Assembly: GCF_009914755.1 (NCBI RefSeq)
Contig: NC_060948.1
Direction: 5' to 3' (one strand)
Length of the DNA stretch: 64,000 nucleotides
Source of the DNA: the human T2T-CHM13v2.0 reference genome, Homo sapiens
Shown here: positions 1-13,400 of the stretch, in pieces
How positions within the stretch are numbered: the first letter of the stretch is position 1
Layout of the letters: the number at the start of each line of letters is the position of its first letter
Program-made: the position numbers and the translations under genes
Notes under the pieces: model-generated
The model's database searches: none
Told to the model about the DNA's origin: nothing
The model's input: only the letters and a program-made list of their open reading frames with translations

Positions 1-162
1 ATGGAATGGAATTGATAGGAACGGAATGGAAAGGAATGCAATGATTTGGCTTGGAATGGAATCGAATGGCATCGAATGGAATGGAATGGAATGCAATGGA
101 ATGGAATGTATTAGAATGTAATGAACTTTAATGGAATGTACTCGAATGGATTCGACTGGAAT

Positions 163-177
163 GGAATGTTCTGGAAG
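163..177. promoter_or_regulatory. Perfect three-pentamer heat-shock element motif (HSE 1), repeated in each unit
   Basis: gGAAtgTTCtgGAAg matches nGAAnnTTCnnGAAn. Motif match only; occupancy not shown. Confidence 0.55.
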
Positions 178-442
178 TGAATGGACTCCAATGGAATGGA
201 TTCAAAAGGAATGGAATCGTACGGAATGGAATCTAATGGAGTGGAATTAAATGGAAATGAATCAAATTGAATAGCACGGAATTGAATTGAATGGAATGGA
301 ATGCAATGGAATCTAATGAAACGGAAAGAAAAGGAATGGAATGGAATGGAATGGACTGGAATGGAAAGGAATCGAAACGAATGGAATGGAATCGAACTGA
401 AGAGACTGGAATGGAATGCACTGGAATGGAAGGGAGTGTAAT

Positions 443-457
443 GGAAGGTTCTCGAAA
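443..457. promoter_or_regulatory. Perfect three-pentamer heat-shock element motif (HSE 2), repeated in each unit
   Basis: gGAAggTTCtcGAAa matches nGAAnnTTCnnGAAn. Motif match only. Confidence 0.55.
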
Positions 458-1147
458 AAAATGGAATCGAATGGAATGGAATTGAATGGAACGGAATAGA
501 GTCGAATGGAATTGAATGGAATGGAATGGACTAGAGTGAAATGGAATCGAACCACAAGGAATGGACAGGAATAGAATGGTCTCGAATTGAATGGAATCGT
601 ATGGAATGGCATCAAACGGAATGGAATGGACAGCCACGGAATGGAATGCACTCGAATGCAATGGAGTCGAAACTAATGGACTGGAATAGAATGGACTCGA
701 CTGGTACGGACTCCAATGGAATGGAATCGAATGGAAGGGAATCGAACGGAATGGACTCGAAGGGAAAAGACTGCAATGGAAAGGTCTCGAATGGAATGGA
801 AATTAATGGAATGGAATGGAATCGAATGAAATGGAGTCAAAAGGAATGGAATCGAATGGCAAGAAATCGAATGTAATGGAATCGCAAGGAATTGATGTGA
901 ACGGAACGGAATGGAATGGAATCCAAAGGAATGGAATAGAATGGAATGGAATCGAATGGAAAGGACTCGAATGGAAATCACTCGAATAGAATGCAATTTA
1001 ATAAAATAGGATCAAATGTAATGGAATGGAATGGAAAGGAATCGAAACGAAAGGAATGGAGACAGATGGAATGGAATGGAACAGAGAGCAATGGTATAGA
1101 ATGGAATGGAATCATCTGGAATGGAATTGAATGGAATGGAATAATAT

Positions 1148-1177
1148 GAAATGGAATGGAATGGAATGGAATGGAAT
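1148..1177 (+). repeat. Pure (GGAAT)n tract A, copy number variable between units
   Basis: Lies between aatatgaaat and gccctt: 5 copies here, 3 at ~17.2 kb and ~20.76 kb, 4 at ~41.9 kb, 6 at ~27.8 kb, 7 at ~38.35 kb. Confidence 0.9.
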
Positions 1178-1468
1178 GCCCTTGAATTAAATGGACTGGA
1201 ATGGAATGGACTCGAACAGAGTGGAATGGAAAGTGTTGAGATAGAATGGAATGGACTCCTTTGGAATGGTGTAGTATGCAATGCAATCGACTGGCAGGGA
1301 ATCAAAAGGAATGTAATCGAATGGATTGGACTGGAATGCAATGGACTCGAATAGATTGGAAACGGAATGCAAAGGAATGGAATGGAATAGTATGGAATGG
1401 AATGGAAAGGAATGGAGTGGAATAGACTAGAGTGGAATGGAATGGACTGGAAAGCAATGGACTGGAAT

Positions 1469-1483
1469 GGAACTTTCTTGAAT
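1469..1483. promoter_or_regulatory. Perfect three-pentamer heat-shock element motif (HSE 3), repeated in each unit
   Basis: gGAActTTCttGAAt matches nGAAnnTTCnnGAAn. Motif match only. Confidence 0.55.
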
Positions 1484-2916
1484 GGACTGGAATCAAACGG
1501 AATGGAATGCAATGCAATCAAATGGCATGGAATAAAATAGAATGAAAGAGAATCAAATGGAATTGAATCGAATGGAATCGAATGGATTGGAAAGGAATAG
1601 AATGGAATGGAATGGAATTGACTCAAATGGAATGGACTAGAATGGAATGGATTCGAATGGAAGGCAAAGGAATGGAATCTATTGGAATGGACTGTAATGG
1701 AATGGAATGGAAGGGATTGGAATGGACTCGAATGGAATGGACTGCAATAGAAAGGATTCGAATGGAATGAAAAAGAATTGAATGGAATAGAACAGAATGG
1801 AATCAAATCGAATGAAATGGAATGGAATAGAAAGGAATGGAATGAAATGGAATGGAAAGGATTCGAATGGAATGCAATCGAATGGAATGGAATCGAACGG
1901 AATGGAATAAAATGGAAGAAAACTGGCAAGAAATGGAATCGAAATGAATGGAGTGTTATGGAACGGACTCAAAAGGAATTGAATGTAATAGAATGGAGTG
2001 GAGTGGACTCGAATATAATGGACTGGAATGGAATGAAATCACATGGAATGGGAACGAATGGAATGGAATGGAAAGGAATGGAATCGAATGGAAAGGAATC
2101 GAATGGAAGGGAATGAAATTGAATCAACAGGAATGGAAGGGAATAGAATAGACGGTAATGGAATGGATTCGAATAGAATGGACACGAATGCTCAAATTGA
2201 ATGGACTCGAATGGAATGGAAACGAAAGGAATGTCATCGAATGGAATTGAATCGATTGGAATGAAATCGCATAGAATGGAGTGGAATCAAATGGAATTGA
2301 ATCGAAAGGAAAGGAAGCGAATGGACTGAAATGAAATGGAATGGAATTGAATGGAAAGTAATGCAATGGAATAGAATGGAACGAAATTTCACAGAATGGA
2401 ATCAAACTGAATGGAATCAAACCAATGGAATCAAATCAAATGGAATGGAAAGGAATTGAATGGAGTAGATTGGATTGGATGGGATTGGAATGAAATGTAC
2501 TGGAAAGGACTAGAATTTCATGAAACGGAATGGAATGAATTGGAACGGAACGGACTCGAATGGAATGGAATGTCATGGAATGGCATCAAATGGAATGGCA
2601 TCAAATGGAATGGAATCGAATGCAATGGAATGCTATGGAATGGAATGGAATGCATTGGAATGGAATGTCCTCTAATGGAATGGATTCGAGTGGAATGGAA
2701 TCGAATATAATGGAGTCGAATGAAATGGAATTGAAAGGAATGGGATCGAATACAATGGAATATACTGGAATGTAATGTAATGAACTCGAATGTAATTGAC
2801 TGGAATGGAATGTACATGAATGGAATGTAATCGAATGGAAAGTAATCCAATGGAATAGAATCTAATGCAATAAAATCGACTCAGATAGAGTAGAATGTAA
2901 TGGAATGGAGTGCAGT

Positions 2917-2980
2917 GCAATGGAATGGAATGGAATGGAATGCAATGGAATGGAATGGAATGGAATGGAATGGAATGGGA
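2917..2980 (+). repeat. Near-pure (GGAAT)n tract B, the most length-variable part of the unit
   Basis: Follows gagtgcagtgcaat. The run after the second gcaat is 6 copies here, 7 at ~6.5 kb, and 10 at ~10.05 kb and ~36.6 kb. The tract is contracted at ~29.55 kb. Confidence 0.9.
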
Positions 2981-3302
2981 TGGAATGGTGTGGAATGGAT
3001 AGTAATGGACTGGAGTGAAATGGACTGGAAAGGAATGGACTCAAATTGAAAGGGCTCGAAAGGAATGGAGTCAAATGGAATGGTCTGGAATGGAATGAAC
3101 ACGAATGTAATGCAATCCAATAGAATGGAATCGAATGGCGTGGAATAAAAAGAAATGGAATCGAAGAGAATGGAAACAAATGGAATGGAATTGAATGGAA
3201 TGGAATTGAATGGAATGGGAACGAATGGAGTGAAATTGTATGCAGTAGAAGGGAATAGAATGGAATGCAAGCGAAAGGAAAGGAATGGATTGGAATGGAA
3301 TG

Positions 3303-3346
3303 GAATTCATTGGAATGGAAGGGAATGTAGTGTAATGGACAGGCCT
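3303..3346. other. EcoRI (3303-3308) and StuI/HaeIII (3341-3346) landmark sites, once per full unit
   Basis: gaattc and aggcct read directly and present in all 17 full copies of this part of the unit. Confidence 0.9.
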
Positions 3347-6300
3347 GGAATAAAGTGGAATGCTACGGTCTCGAATGGAATAAAAATGTATGGAATGGAA
3401 TGCAATGAAACGGAATCGAATGTCATAGAATGTAATGGAATGCAAAAAAATGGAATCCAAAATCATTGACTGGAAAGGCTGGGTGTCGAAAGGAATTGAC
3501 TCCAATGGAATGGAATCGAATGGAATGGAAGTGAATAGAATCGAACTAAATCGAATGGAATGGAATTGATAGGAACGGAATGGAAAGGAATGCAATGATT
3601 TGGCATGGAATGGAATCGAATGGCATCGAATGGAATGGAATGGAATGCAATGGAATGGAATGTATTAGAATGTAATGAACTTTAATGGAATGTACTCGAA
3701 TGGATTCGACTGGAATGGAATGTTCTGGAAGTGAATGGACTCCAATGGAATGGATTCAAAAGGAATGGAATCGTACGGAATGGAATCTAATGGAATGGAA
3801 TTAAATGGAAATGAATCAAATTGAATAGCACGGAATTGAATTGAATGGAATGGAATGCAATGGAATCTAATGAAACGGAAAGGAAAGGAATGGAATGGAA
3901 TGGAATGGGCTGGAATGGAAAGGAATCGAAACGAATGGAATGGAATCGAACTGAAGAGACTGGAATGGAATGCACTGGAATGGAAGGGAGTGTAATGGAA
4001 GGTTCTCGAAAAAAATGGAATCGAATGGAATGGAATTGAATGGAACGGAATAGAGTCGAATGGAATTGAATGGAATGGAATGGACTAGAGTGAAATGGAA
4101 TCGAACCACAAGGAATGGACAGGAATAGAATGGTCTCGAATTGAATGGAATCGTATGGAATGGCATCAAACGGAATGGAATGGACAGCCACGGAATGGAA
4201 TGCACTCGAATGCAATGGAGTCGAAACTAATGGACTGGAATAGAATGGACTCGACTGGTACGGACTCCAATGGAATGGAATCGAATGGAAGGGAATCGAA
4301 CGGAATGGACTCGAAGGGAAAAGACTGCAATGGAAAGGTCTCGAATGGAATGGAAATTAATGGAATGGAATGGAATCGAATGAAATGGAGTCAAAAGGAA
4401 TGGAATCGAATGGCAAGAAATCGAATGTAATGGAATCGCAAGGAATTGATGTGAACGGAACGGAATGGAATGGAATCCAAAGGAATGGAATAGAATGGAA
4501 TGGAATCGAATGGAAAGGACTCGAATGGAAATCACTCGAATAGAATGCAATTTAATAAAATAGGATCAAATGTAATGGAATGGAATGGAAAGGAATCGAA
4601 ACGAAAGGAATGGAGACAGATGGAATGGAATGGAACAGAGAGCAATGGTATAGAATGGAATGGAATCATCTGGAATGGAATTGAATGGAATGGAATAATA
4701 TGAAATGGAATGGAATGGAATGGAATGGAATGCCCTTGAATTAAATGGACTGGAATGGAATGGACTCGAACAGAGTGGAATGGAAAGTGTTGAGATAGAA
4801 TGGAATGGACTCCTTTGGAATGGTGTAGTATGCAATGCAATCGACTGGCAGGGAATCAAAAGGAATGTAATGGAATGGATTGGACTGGAATGCAATGGAC
4901 TCGAATAGATTGGAAACGGAATGCAAAGGAATGGAATGGAATAGTATGGAATGGAATGGAAAGGAATGGAGTGGAATAGACTAGAGTGGAATGGAATGGA
5001 CTGGAAAGCAATGGACTGGAATGGAACTTTCTTGAATGGACTGGAATCAAACGGAATGGAATGCAATGCAATCAAATGGCATGGAATAAAATAGAATGAA
5101 AGAGAATCAAATGGAATTGAATCGAATGGAATCGAATGGATTGGAAAGGAATAGAATGGAATGGAATGGAATTGACTCAAATGGAATGGACTAGAATGGA
5201 ATGGATTCGAATGGAAGGCAAAGGAATGGAATCTATTGGAATGGACTGTAATGGAATGGAATGGAAGGGATTGGAATGGACTCGAATGGAATGGACTGCA
5301 ATAGAAAGGATTCGAATGGAATGAAAAAGAATTGAATGGAATAGAACAGAATGGAATCAAATCGAATGAAATGGAATGGAATAGAAAGGAATGGAATGAA
5401 ATGGAATGGAAAGGATTCGAATGGAATGCAATCGAATGGAATGGAATCGAACGGAATGGAATAAAATGGAAGAAAACTGGCAAGAAATGGAATCGAAATG
5501 AATGGAGTGTTATGGAACGGACTCAAAAGGAATTGAATGTAATAGAATGGAGTGGAGTGGACTCGAATATAATGGACTGGAATGGAATGAAATCACATGG
5601 AATGGGAACGAATGGAATGGAATGGAAAGGAATGGAATCGAATGGAAAGGAATCGAATGGAAGGGAATGAAATTGAATCAACAGGAATGGAAGGGAATAG
5701 AATAGACGGTAATGGAATGGACTCGAATAGAATGGACACGAATGCTCAAATTGAATGGACTCGAATGGAATGGAAACGAAAGGAATGTCATCGAATGGAA
5801 TTGAATCGATTGGAATGAAATCGCATAGAATGGAGTGGAATCAAATGGAATTGAATCGAAAGGAAAGGAAGCGAATGGACTGAAATGAAATGGAATGGAA
5901 TTGAATGGAAAGTAATGCAATGGAATAGAATGGAACGAAATTTCACGGAATGGAATCAAACTGAATGGAATCAAATCAATGGAATCCAATCAAATGGAAT
6001 GGAGTAGATTGGATTGGATGGGATTGGAATGAAATGTACTGGAAAGGACTCGAATTTCATGAAACGGAATGGAATGAATTGGAACGGAATGGACTCGAAT
6101 GGAATGGAATGTCATAGAATGGCATCAAATGGAATGGCATCAAATGGAATGGAATAGAATGCAATGGAATGCTATGGAATGGAATGGAATGCATTGGAAT
6201 GGAATGTCCTCTAATGGAATGGATTCGAGTGGAATGGAATCGAATATAATGGAGTCGAATGAAATGGAATTGAAAGGAATGGGATCGAATACAATGGAAT

Positions 6301-6884
6301 ATACTGGAATGTAATGTAATGAACTCGAATGTAATTGACTGGAATGGAATGTACATGAATGGAATGTAATCGAATGGAAAGTAATCCAATGGAATAGAAT
6401 CTAATGCAATAAAATCGACTCAGATAGAGTAGAATGTAATGGAATGGAGTGCAGTGCAATGGAATGGAATGGAATGGAATGCAATGGAATGGAATGGAAT
6501 GGAATGGAATGGAATGGAATGGGATGGAATGGTATGGAATGGATAGTAATGGACTGGAGTGAAATGGACTGGAAAGGAATGGACTCAAATTGAAAGGGCT
6601 CGAAAGGAATGGAGTCAAATGGAATGGTCTGGAATGGAATGAACACGAATGTAATGCAATCCAATAGAATGGAATCGAATGGCATGGAATAAAAAGAAAT
6701 GGAATCGAAGAGAATGGAAACAAATGGAATGGAATTGAATGGAATGGAATTGAATGGAATGGGAACGAATGGAGTGAAATTGTATGCAGTAGAAGGGAAT
6801 AGAATGGAATGCAAGCGAAAGGAAAGGAATGGATTGGAATGGAATGGAATTCATTGGAATGGAAGGGAATGTAGTGTAATGGAC
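3341..6884 (+). repeat. Representative complete higher-order unit (StuI to StuI, 3,544 bp)
   Basis: AGGCCT read at 3341, 6885, 10459, 15832, 19386, 22920, 26414, 29933, 33452, 36980, 40539, 44083, 47632, 51156, 54700, 58260 and 61804. Spacings are 3544, 3574, 5373, 3554, 3534, 3494, 3519, 3519, 3528, 3559, 3544, 3549, 3524, 3544, 3560 and 3544. Confidence 0.95.
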
Positions 6885-9800
6885 AGGCCTGGAATAAAGT
6901 GGAATGCTACGGTCTCGAATGGAATAAAAATGTATGGAATGGAATGCAATGAAACGGAATCGAATGTCATAGAATGTAATGGAATGCAAAAAAATGGAAT
7001 CCAAAATCATTGACTGGAAAGGCTGGGTGTCGAAAGGAATTGACTCCAATGGAATGGAATCGAATGGAATGGAAGTGAATAGAATCGAACTAAATCGAAT
7101 GGAATGGAATTGATAGGAACGGAATGGAAAGGAATGCAATGATTTGGCATGGAATGGAATCGAATGGCATCGAATGGAATGGTATGGAATGCAATGGAAT
7201 GGAATGTATTAGAATGTAATGAACTTTAATGGAATGTACTCGAATGGATTCGACTGGAATGGAATGTTCTGGAAGTGAATGGACTCCAATGGAATGGATT
7301 CAAAAGGAATGGAATCGTACGGAATGGAATCTAATGGAATGGAATTAAATGGAAATGAATCAAATTGAATAGCACGGAATTGAATTGAATGGAATGGAAT
7401 GCAATGGAATCTAATGAAACGGAAAGGAAAGGAATGGAATGGAATGGAATGGGCTGGAATGGAAAGGAATCGAAACGAATGGAATGGAATCGAACTGAAG
7501 AGACTGGAATGGAATGCACTGGAATGGAAGGGAGTGTAATGGAAGGTTCTCGAAAAAAATGGAATCGAATGGAATGGAATTGAATGGAACGGAATAGAGT
7601 CGAATGGAATTGAATGGAATGGAATGGACTAGAGTGAAATGGAATCGAACCACAAGGAATGGACAGGAATAGAATGGTCTCGAATTGAATGGAATCGTAT
7701 GGAATGGCATCAAACGGAATGGAATGGACAGCCACGGAATGGAATGCACTCGAATGCAATGGAGTCGAAACTAATGGACTGGAATAGAATGGACTCGACT
7801 GGTACGGACTCCAATGGAATGGAATCGAATGGAAGGGAATCGAACGGAATGGACTCGAAGGGAAAAGACTGCAATGGAAAGGTCTCGAATGGAATGGAAA
7901 TTAATGGAATGGAATGGAATCGAATGAAATGGAGTCAAAAGGAATGGAATCGAATGGCAAGAAATCGAATGTAATGGAATCGCAAGGAATTGATGTGAAC
8001 GGAACGGAATGGAATGGAATCCAAAGGAATGGAATAGAATGGAATGGAATCGAATGGAAAGGACTCGAATGGAAATCACTCGAATAGAATGCAATTTAAT
8101 AAAATAGGATCAAATGTAATGGAATGGAATGGAAAGGAATCGAAACGAAAGGAATGGAGACAGATGGAATGGAATGGAACAGAGAGCAATGGTATAGAAT
8201 GGAATGGAATCATCTGGAATGGAATTGAATGGAATGGAATAATATGAAATGGAATGGAATGGAATGGAATGGAATGCCCTTGAATTAAATGGACTGGAAT
8301 GGAATGGACTCGAACAGAGTGGAATGGAAAGTGTTGAGATAGAATGGAATGGACTCCTTTGGAATAGTGTAGTATGCAATGCAATCGACTGGCAGGGAAT
8401 CAAAAGGAATGTAATGGAATGGATTGGACTGGAATGCAATGGACTCGAATAGATTGGAAACGGAATGCAAAGGAATGGAATGGAATAGTATGGAATGGAA
8501 TGGAAAGGAATGGAGTGGAATAGACTAGAGTGGAATGGAATGGACTGGAAAGCAATGGACTGGAATGGAACTTTCTTGAATGGACTGGAATCAAACGGAA
8601 TGGAATGCAATGCAATCAAATGGCATGGAATAAAATAGAATGAAAGAGAATCAAATGGAATTGAATCGAATGGAATCGAATGGATTGGAAAGGAATAGAA
8701 TGGAATGGAATGGAATTGACTCAAATGGAATGGACTAGAATGGAATGGATTCGAATGGAAGGCAAAGGAATGGAATCTATTGGAATGGACTGTAATGGAA
8801 TGGAATGGAAGGGATTGGAATGGACTCGAATCGAATGGACTGCAATAGAAAGGATTCGAATGGAATGAAAAAGAATTGAATGGAATAGAACAGAATGGAA
8901 TCAAATCGAATGAAATGGAATGGAATAGAAAGGAATGGAATGAAATGGAATGGAAAGGATTCGAATGGAATGCAATCGAATGGAATGGAATCGAACGGAA
9001 TGGAATAAAATGGAAGAAAACTGGCAAGAAATGGAATCGAAATGAATGGAGTGTTATGGAACGGACTCAAAAGGAATTGAATGTAATAGAATGGAGTGGA
9101 GTGGACTCGAATATAATGGACTGGAATGGAATGAAATCACATGGAATGGGAACGAATGGAATGGAATGGAAAGGAATGGAATCGAATGGAAAGGAATCGA
9201 ATGGAAGGGAATGAAATTGAATCAACAGGAATGGAAGGGAATAGAATAGACGGTAATGGAATGGACTCGAATAGAATGGACACGAATGCTCAAATTGAAT
9301 GGACTCGAATGGAATGGAAACGAAAGGAATGTCATCGAATGGAATTGAATCGATTGGAATGAAATCGCATAGAATGGAGTGGAATCAAATGGAATTGAAT
9401 TGAAAGGAAAGGAAGCGAATGGACTGAAATGAAATGGAATGGAATTGAATGGAAAGTAATGCAATGGAATAGAATGGAACGAAATTTCACGGAATGGAAT
9501 CAAACTGAATGGAATCAAATCAATGGAATCAAATCAAATGGAATGGAAAGGAATTGAATGGAGTAGATTGGATTGGATGGGATTGGAATGAAATGTACTG
9601 GAAAGGACTCGAATTTCATGAAACGGAATGGAATGAATTGGAACGGAATGGACTCGAATGGAATGGAATGTCATGGAATGGCATCAAATGGAATGGCATC
9701 AAATGGAATGGAATCGAATGCAATGGAATGCTATGGAATGGAATGGAATGCATTGGAATGGAATGTCCTCTAATGGAATGGATTCGAGTGGAATGGAATC

Positions 9801-10458
9801 GAATATAATGGAGTCGAATGAAATGGAATTGAAAGGAATGGGATCGAATACAATGGAATATACTGGAATGTAATGTAATGAACTCGAATGTAATTGACTG
9901 GAATGGAATGTACATGAATGGAATGTAATCGAATGGAAAGTAATCCAATGGAATAGAATCTAATGCAATAAAATCGACTCAGATAGAGTAGAATGTAATG
10001 GAATGGAGTACAGTGCAATGGAATGGAATGGAATGGAATGCAATGGAATGGAATGGAATGGAATGGAATGGAATGGAATGGAATGGAATGGAATGGGATG
10101 GAATGGTATGGAATGGATAGTAATGGACTGGAGTGAAATGGACTGGAAAGGAATGGACTCAAATTGAAAGGGCTCGAAAGGAATGGAGTCAAATGGAATG
10201 GTCTGGAATGGAATGAACACGAAAGTAATGCAATCCAATAGAATGGAATCGAATGGCATGGAATATAAAGAAATGGAATCGAAGAGAATGGAAACAAATG
10301 GAATGGAATTGAATGGAATGGAATTGAATGGAATGGGAACGAATGGAGTGAAATTGTATGCAGTACAAGGGAATAGAATGGAATGCAAGCGAAAGGAAAG
10401 GAATGGATTGGAATGGAATGGAATTCATTGGAATGGAAGGGAATGTAGTGTAATGGAC

Positions 10459-13400
10459 AGGCCTGGAATAAAGTGGAATGCTACGGTCTCGAATGGAATA
10501 AAAATGTATGGAATGGAATGCAATGAAACGGAATCGAATGTCATAGAATGTAATGGAATGCAAAAAAATGGAATCCAAAATCATTGACTGGAAAGGCTGG
10601 GTGTCGAAAGGAATTGACTCCAATGGAATGGAATCGAATGGAATGGAAGTGAATAGAATCGAACTAAATCGAATGGAATGGAATTGATAGGAACGGAATG
10701 GAAAGGAATGCAATGATTTGGCATGGAATGGAATCGAATGGCATCGAATGGAATGGAATGGAATGCAATGGAATGGAATGTATTAGAATGTAATGAACTT
10801 TAATGGAATGTACTCGAATGGATTCGACTGGAATGGAATGTTCTGGAAGTGAATGGGCTCCAATGGAATGGATTCAAAAGGAATGGAATCGTACGGAATG
10901 GAATCTAATGGAATGGAATTAAATGGAAATGAATCAAATTGAATAGCACGGAATTGAATTGAATGGAATGGAATGCAATGGAATCTAATGAAACGGAAAG
11001 GAATGGAATGGAATGGAATGGAATGGAATGGGCTGGAATGGAAAGGAATCGAAACGAATGGAATGGAATCGAACTGAAGAGACTGGAATGGAATGCACTG
11101 GAATGGAAGGGAGTGTAATGGAAGGTTCTCGAAAGAAATGGAATCGAATGGAATTGAATTGAATGGAACGGAATAGAGTCGAATGGAATTGAATGGAATG
11201 GAGTGGACTAGAGTGAAATGGAATCGAACCACAAGGAATGGACAGGAATAGAATGGTCTCGAATTGAATGGAATCATATGGAATGGCATCAAACGGAATG
11301 GAATGGACAGCCACGGAATGGAATGCACTCGAATGCAATGGAGTCGAAACTAATGGACTGGAATAGAATGGACTCGACTGGTACGGACTCCAATGGAATG
11401 GAATCGAATGGAAGGGAATCGAACGTAATGGACTCGAAGGGAAAAGACTGCAATGGAAAGGTCTCGAATGGAATGGAAATTAATGGAATGGAATGGAATC
11501 GAATGAAATGGAGTCAAAAGGAATGGAATCGAATGGCAAGAAATCGAATGTAATGGAATCGCAAGGAATTGATGTGAACGGAACGGAATGGAATGGAATC
11601 CAAAGGAATGGAATAGAATGGAATGGAATCGAATGGAAAGGACTCGAATGGAAATCACTCGAATAGAATGCAATTTAATAAAATAGGATCAAATGTAATG
11701 GAATGGAATGGAAAGGAATCGAAACGAAAGGAATGGAGACAGATGGAATGGAATGGAACAGAGAGCAATGGTATAGAATGGAATGGAATCATCTGGAATG
11801 GAATTGAATGGAATGGAATAATATGAAATGGAATGGAATGGAATGGAATGGAATGCCCTTGATTTAAGTGGACTGGAATGGAATGGACTCGAACAGAGTG
11901 GAATGGAAAGTGTTGAGATAGAATGGAATGGACTCCTTTGGAATGGTGTAGTATGCAATGCAATCGACTGGCAGGGAATGAAAAGGAATGTAATGGAATG
12001 GATTGGACTGGAATGCAATGGACTCGAATAGATTGGAAACGGAATGCAAAGGAATGGAATGGAATAGTATAGAATGGAATGGAAAGGAATGGAGTGGAAT
12101 AGACTAGAGTGGAATGGAATGGACTGGAAAGCAATGGACTGGAATGGAACTATCTTGAATGGACTGGAATCAAACGGAATGGAATGCAATGCAATCAAAT
12201 GGCATGGAATAAAATAGAATGAAAGAGAATCAAATGGAATTGAATCGAATGGAATCGAATGGATTGGAAAGGAATAGAATGGAATGGAATGGAATTGACT
12301 CAAATGGAATGGGCTAGAATGGAATGGATTCGAATGGAAGGCAAAGGAATGGAATCTATTGGAATGGACTGTAATGGAATGGAATGGAAGGGATTGGAAT
12401 GGACTCGAATGGAATGGACTGCAATAGAAAGGATTCGAATGGAATGAAAAAGAATTGAATGGAATAGAACAGAATGGAATCAAATCGAATGAAATGGAAT
12501 GGAATAGAAAGGAATGGAATGAAATGGAATGGAAAGGATTCGAATGGAATGCAATCGAATGGAATGGAATCGAACGGAATGGAATAAAATGGAAGAAAAC
12601 TGGCAAGAAATGGAATCGAAATGAATGGAGTGTTATGGAACGGACTCAAAAGGAATTGAATGTAATAGAATGGAGTGGAGTGGACTCGAATATAATGGAC
12701 TGGAATGGAATGAAATCACATGGAATGGGAACGAATGGAATGGAATGGAAAGGAATGGAATCGAATGGAAAGGAATCGAATGGAAGGGAATGAAATTGAA
12801 TCAACAGGAATGGAAGGGAATAGAATAGACGGTAATGGAATGGACTCGAATAGAATGGACACGAATGCTCAAATTGAATGGACTCGAATGGAATGGAAAC
12901 GAAAGGAATGTCATCGAATGGAATTGAATCGATTGGAATGAAATCGCATAGAATGGAGTGGAATCAAATGGAATTGAATCGAAAGGAAAGGAAGCGAATG
13001 GACTGAAATGAAATGGAATGGAATTGAATGGAAAGTAATGCAATGGAATAGAATGGAACGAAATTTCACGGAATGGAATCAAACTGAATGGAATCAAATC
13101 AATGGAATCAAATCAAATGGAATGGAAAGGAATTGAATGGAGTAGATTGGATTGGATGGGATTGGAATGAAATGTACTGGAAAGGACTCGAATTTCATGA
13201 AACGGAATGGAATGAATTGGAACGGAATGGACTCGAATGGAATGGAATGTCATGGAATGGCATCAAATGGAATGGCATCAAATGGAATGGAATCGAATGC
13301 AATGGAATGCTATGGAATGGAATGGAATGCATTGGAATGGAATGTCCTCTAATGGAATGGATTCGAGTGGAATGGAATCGAATATAATGGAGTCGAATGA

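Noticed and set aside
2415-2490. DUX4-like (aatcaaatca) and CCAAT-box-like (gattggattgg) motifs
   Set aside because: The DUX4-like match lacks the required TAA start, and such short matches are expected from pentamer drift.
1000-3385. Several AATAAA hexamers per unit (~1000, 1531, 1906, 2869, 3349, 3379) as polyadenylation signals
   Set aside because: They arise easily from GGAAT-GGAAT by G>A changes, and no transcript evidence is available here. Yq12 transcripts have been reported, but I cannot map them from this sequence.
3474-3490. G-rich island aggctgggtgtc as a G-quadruplex or Alu fragment
   Set aside because: It has a single GGG run and is far too short for either call.
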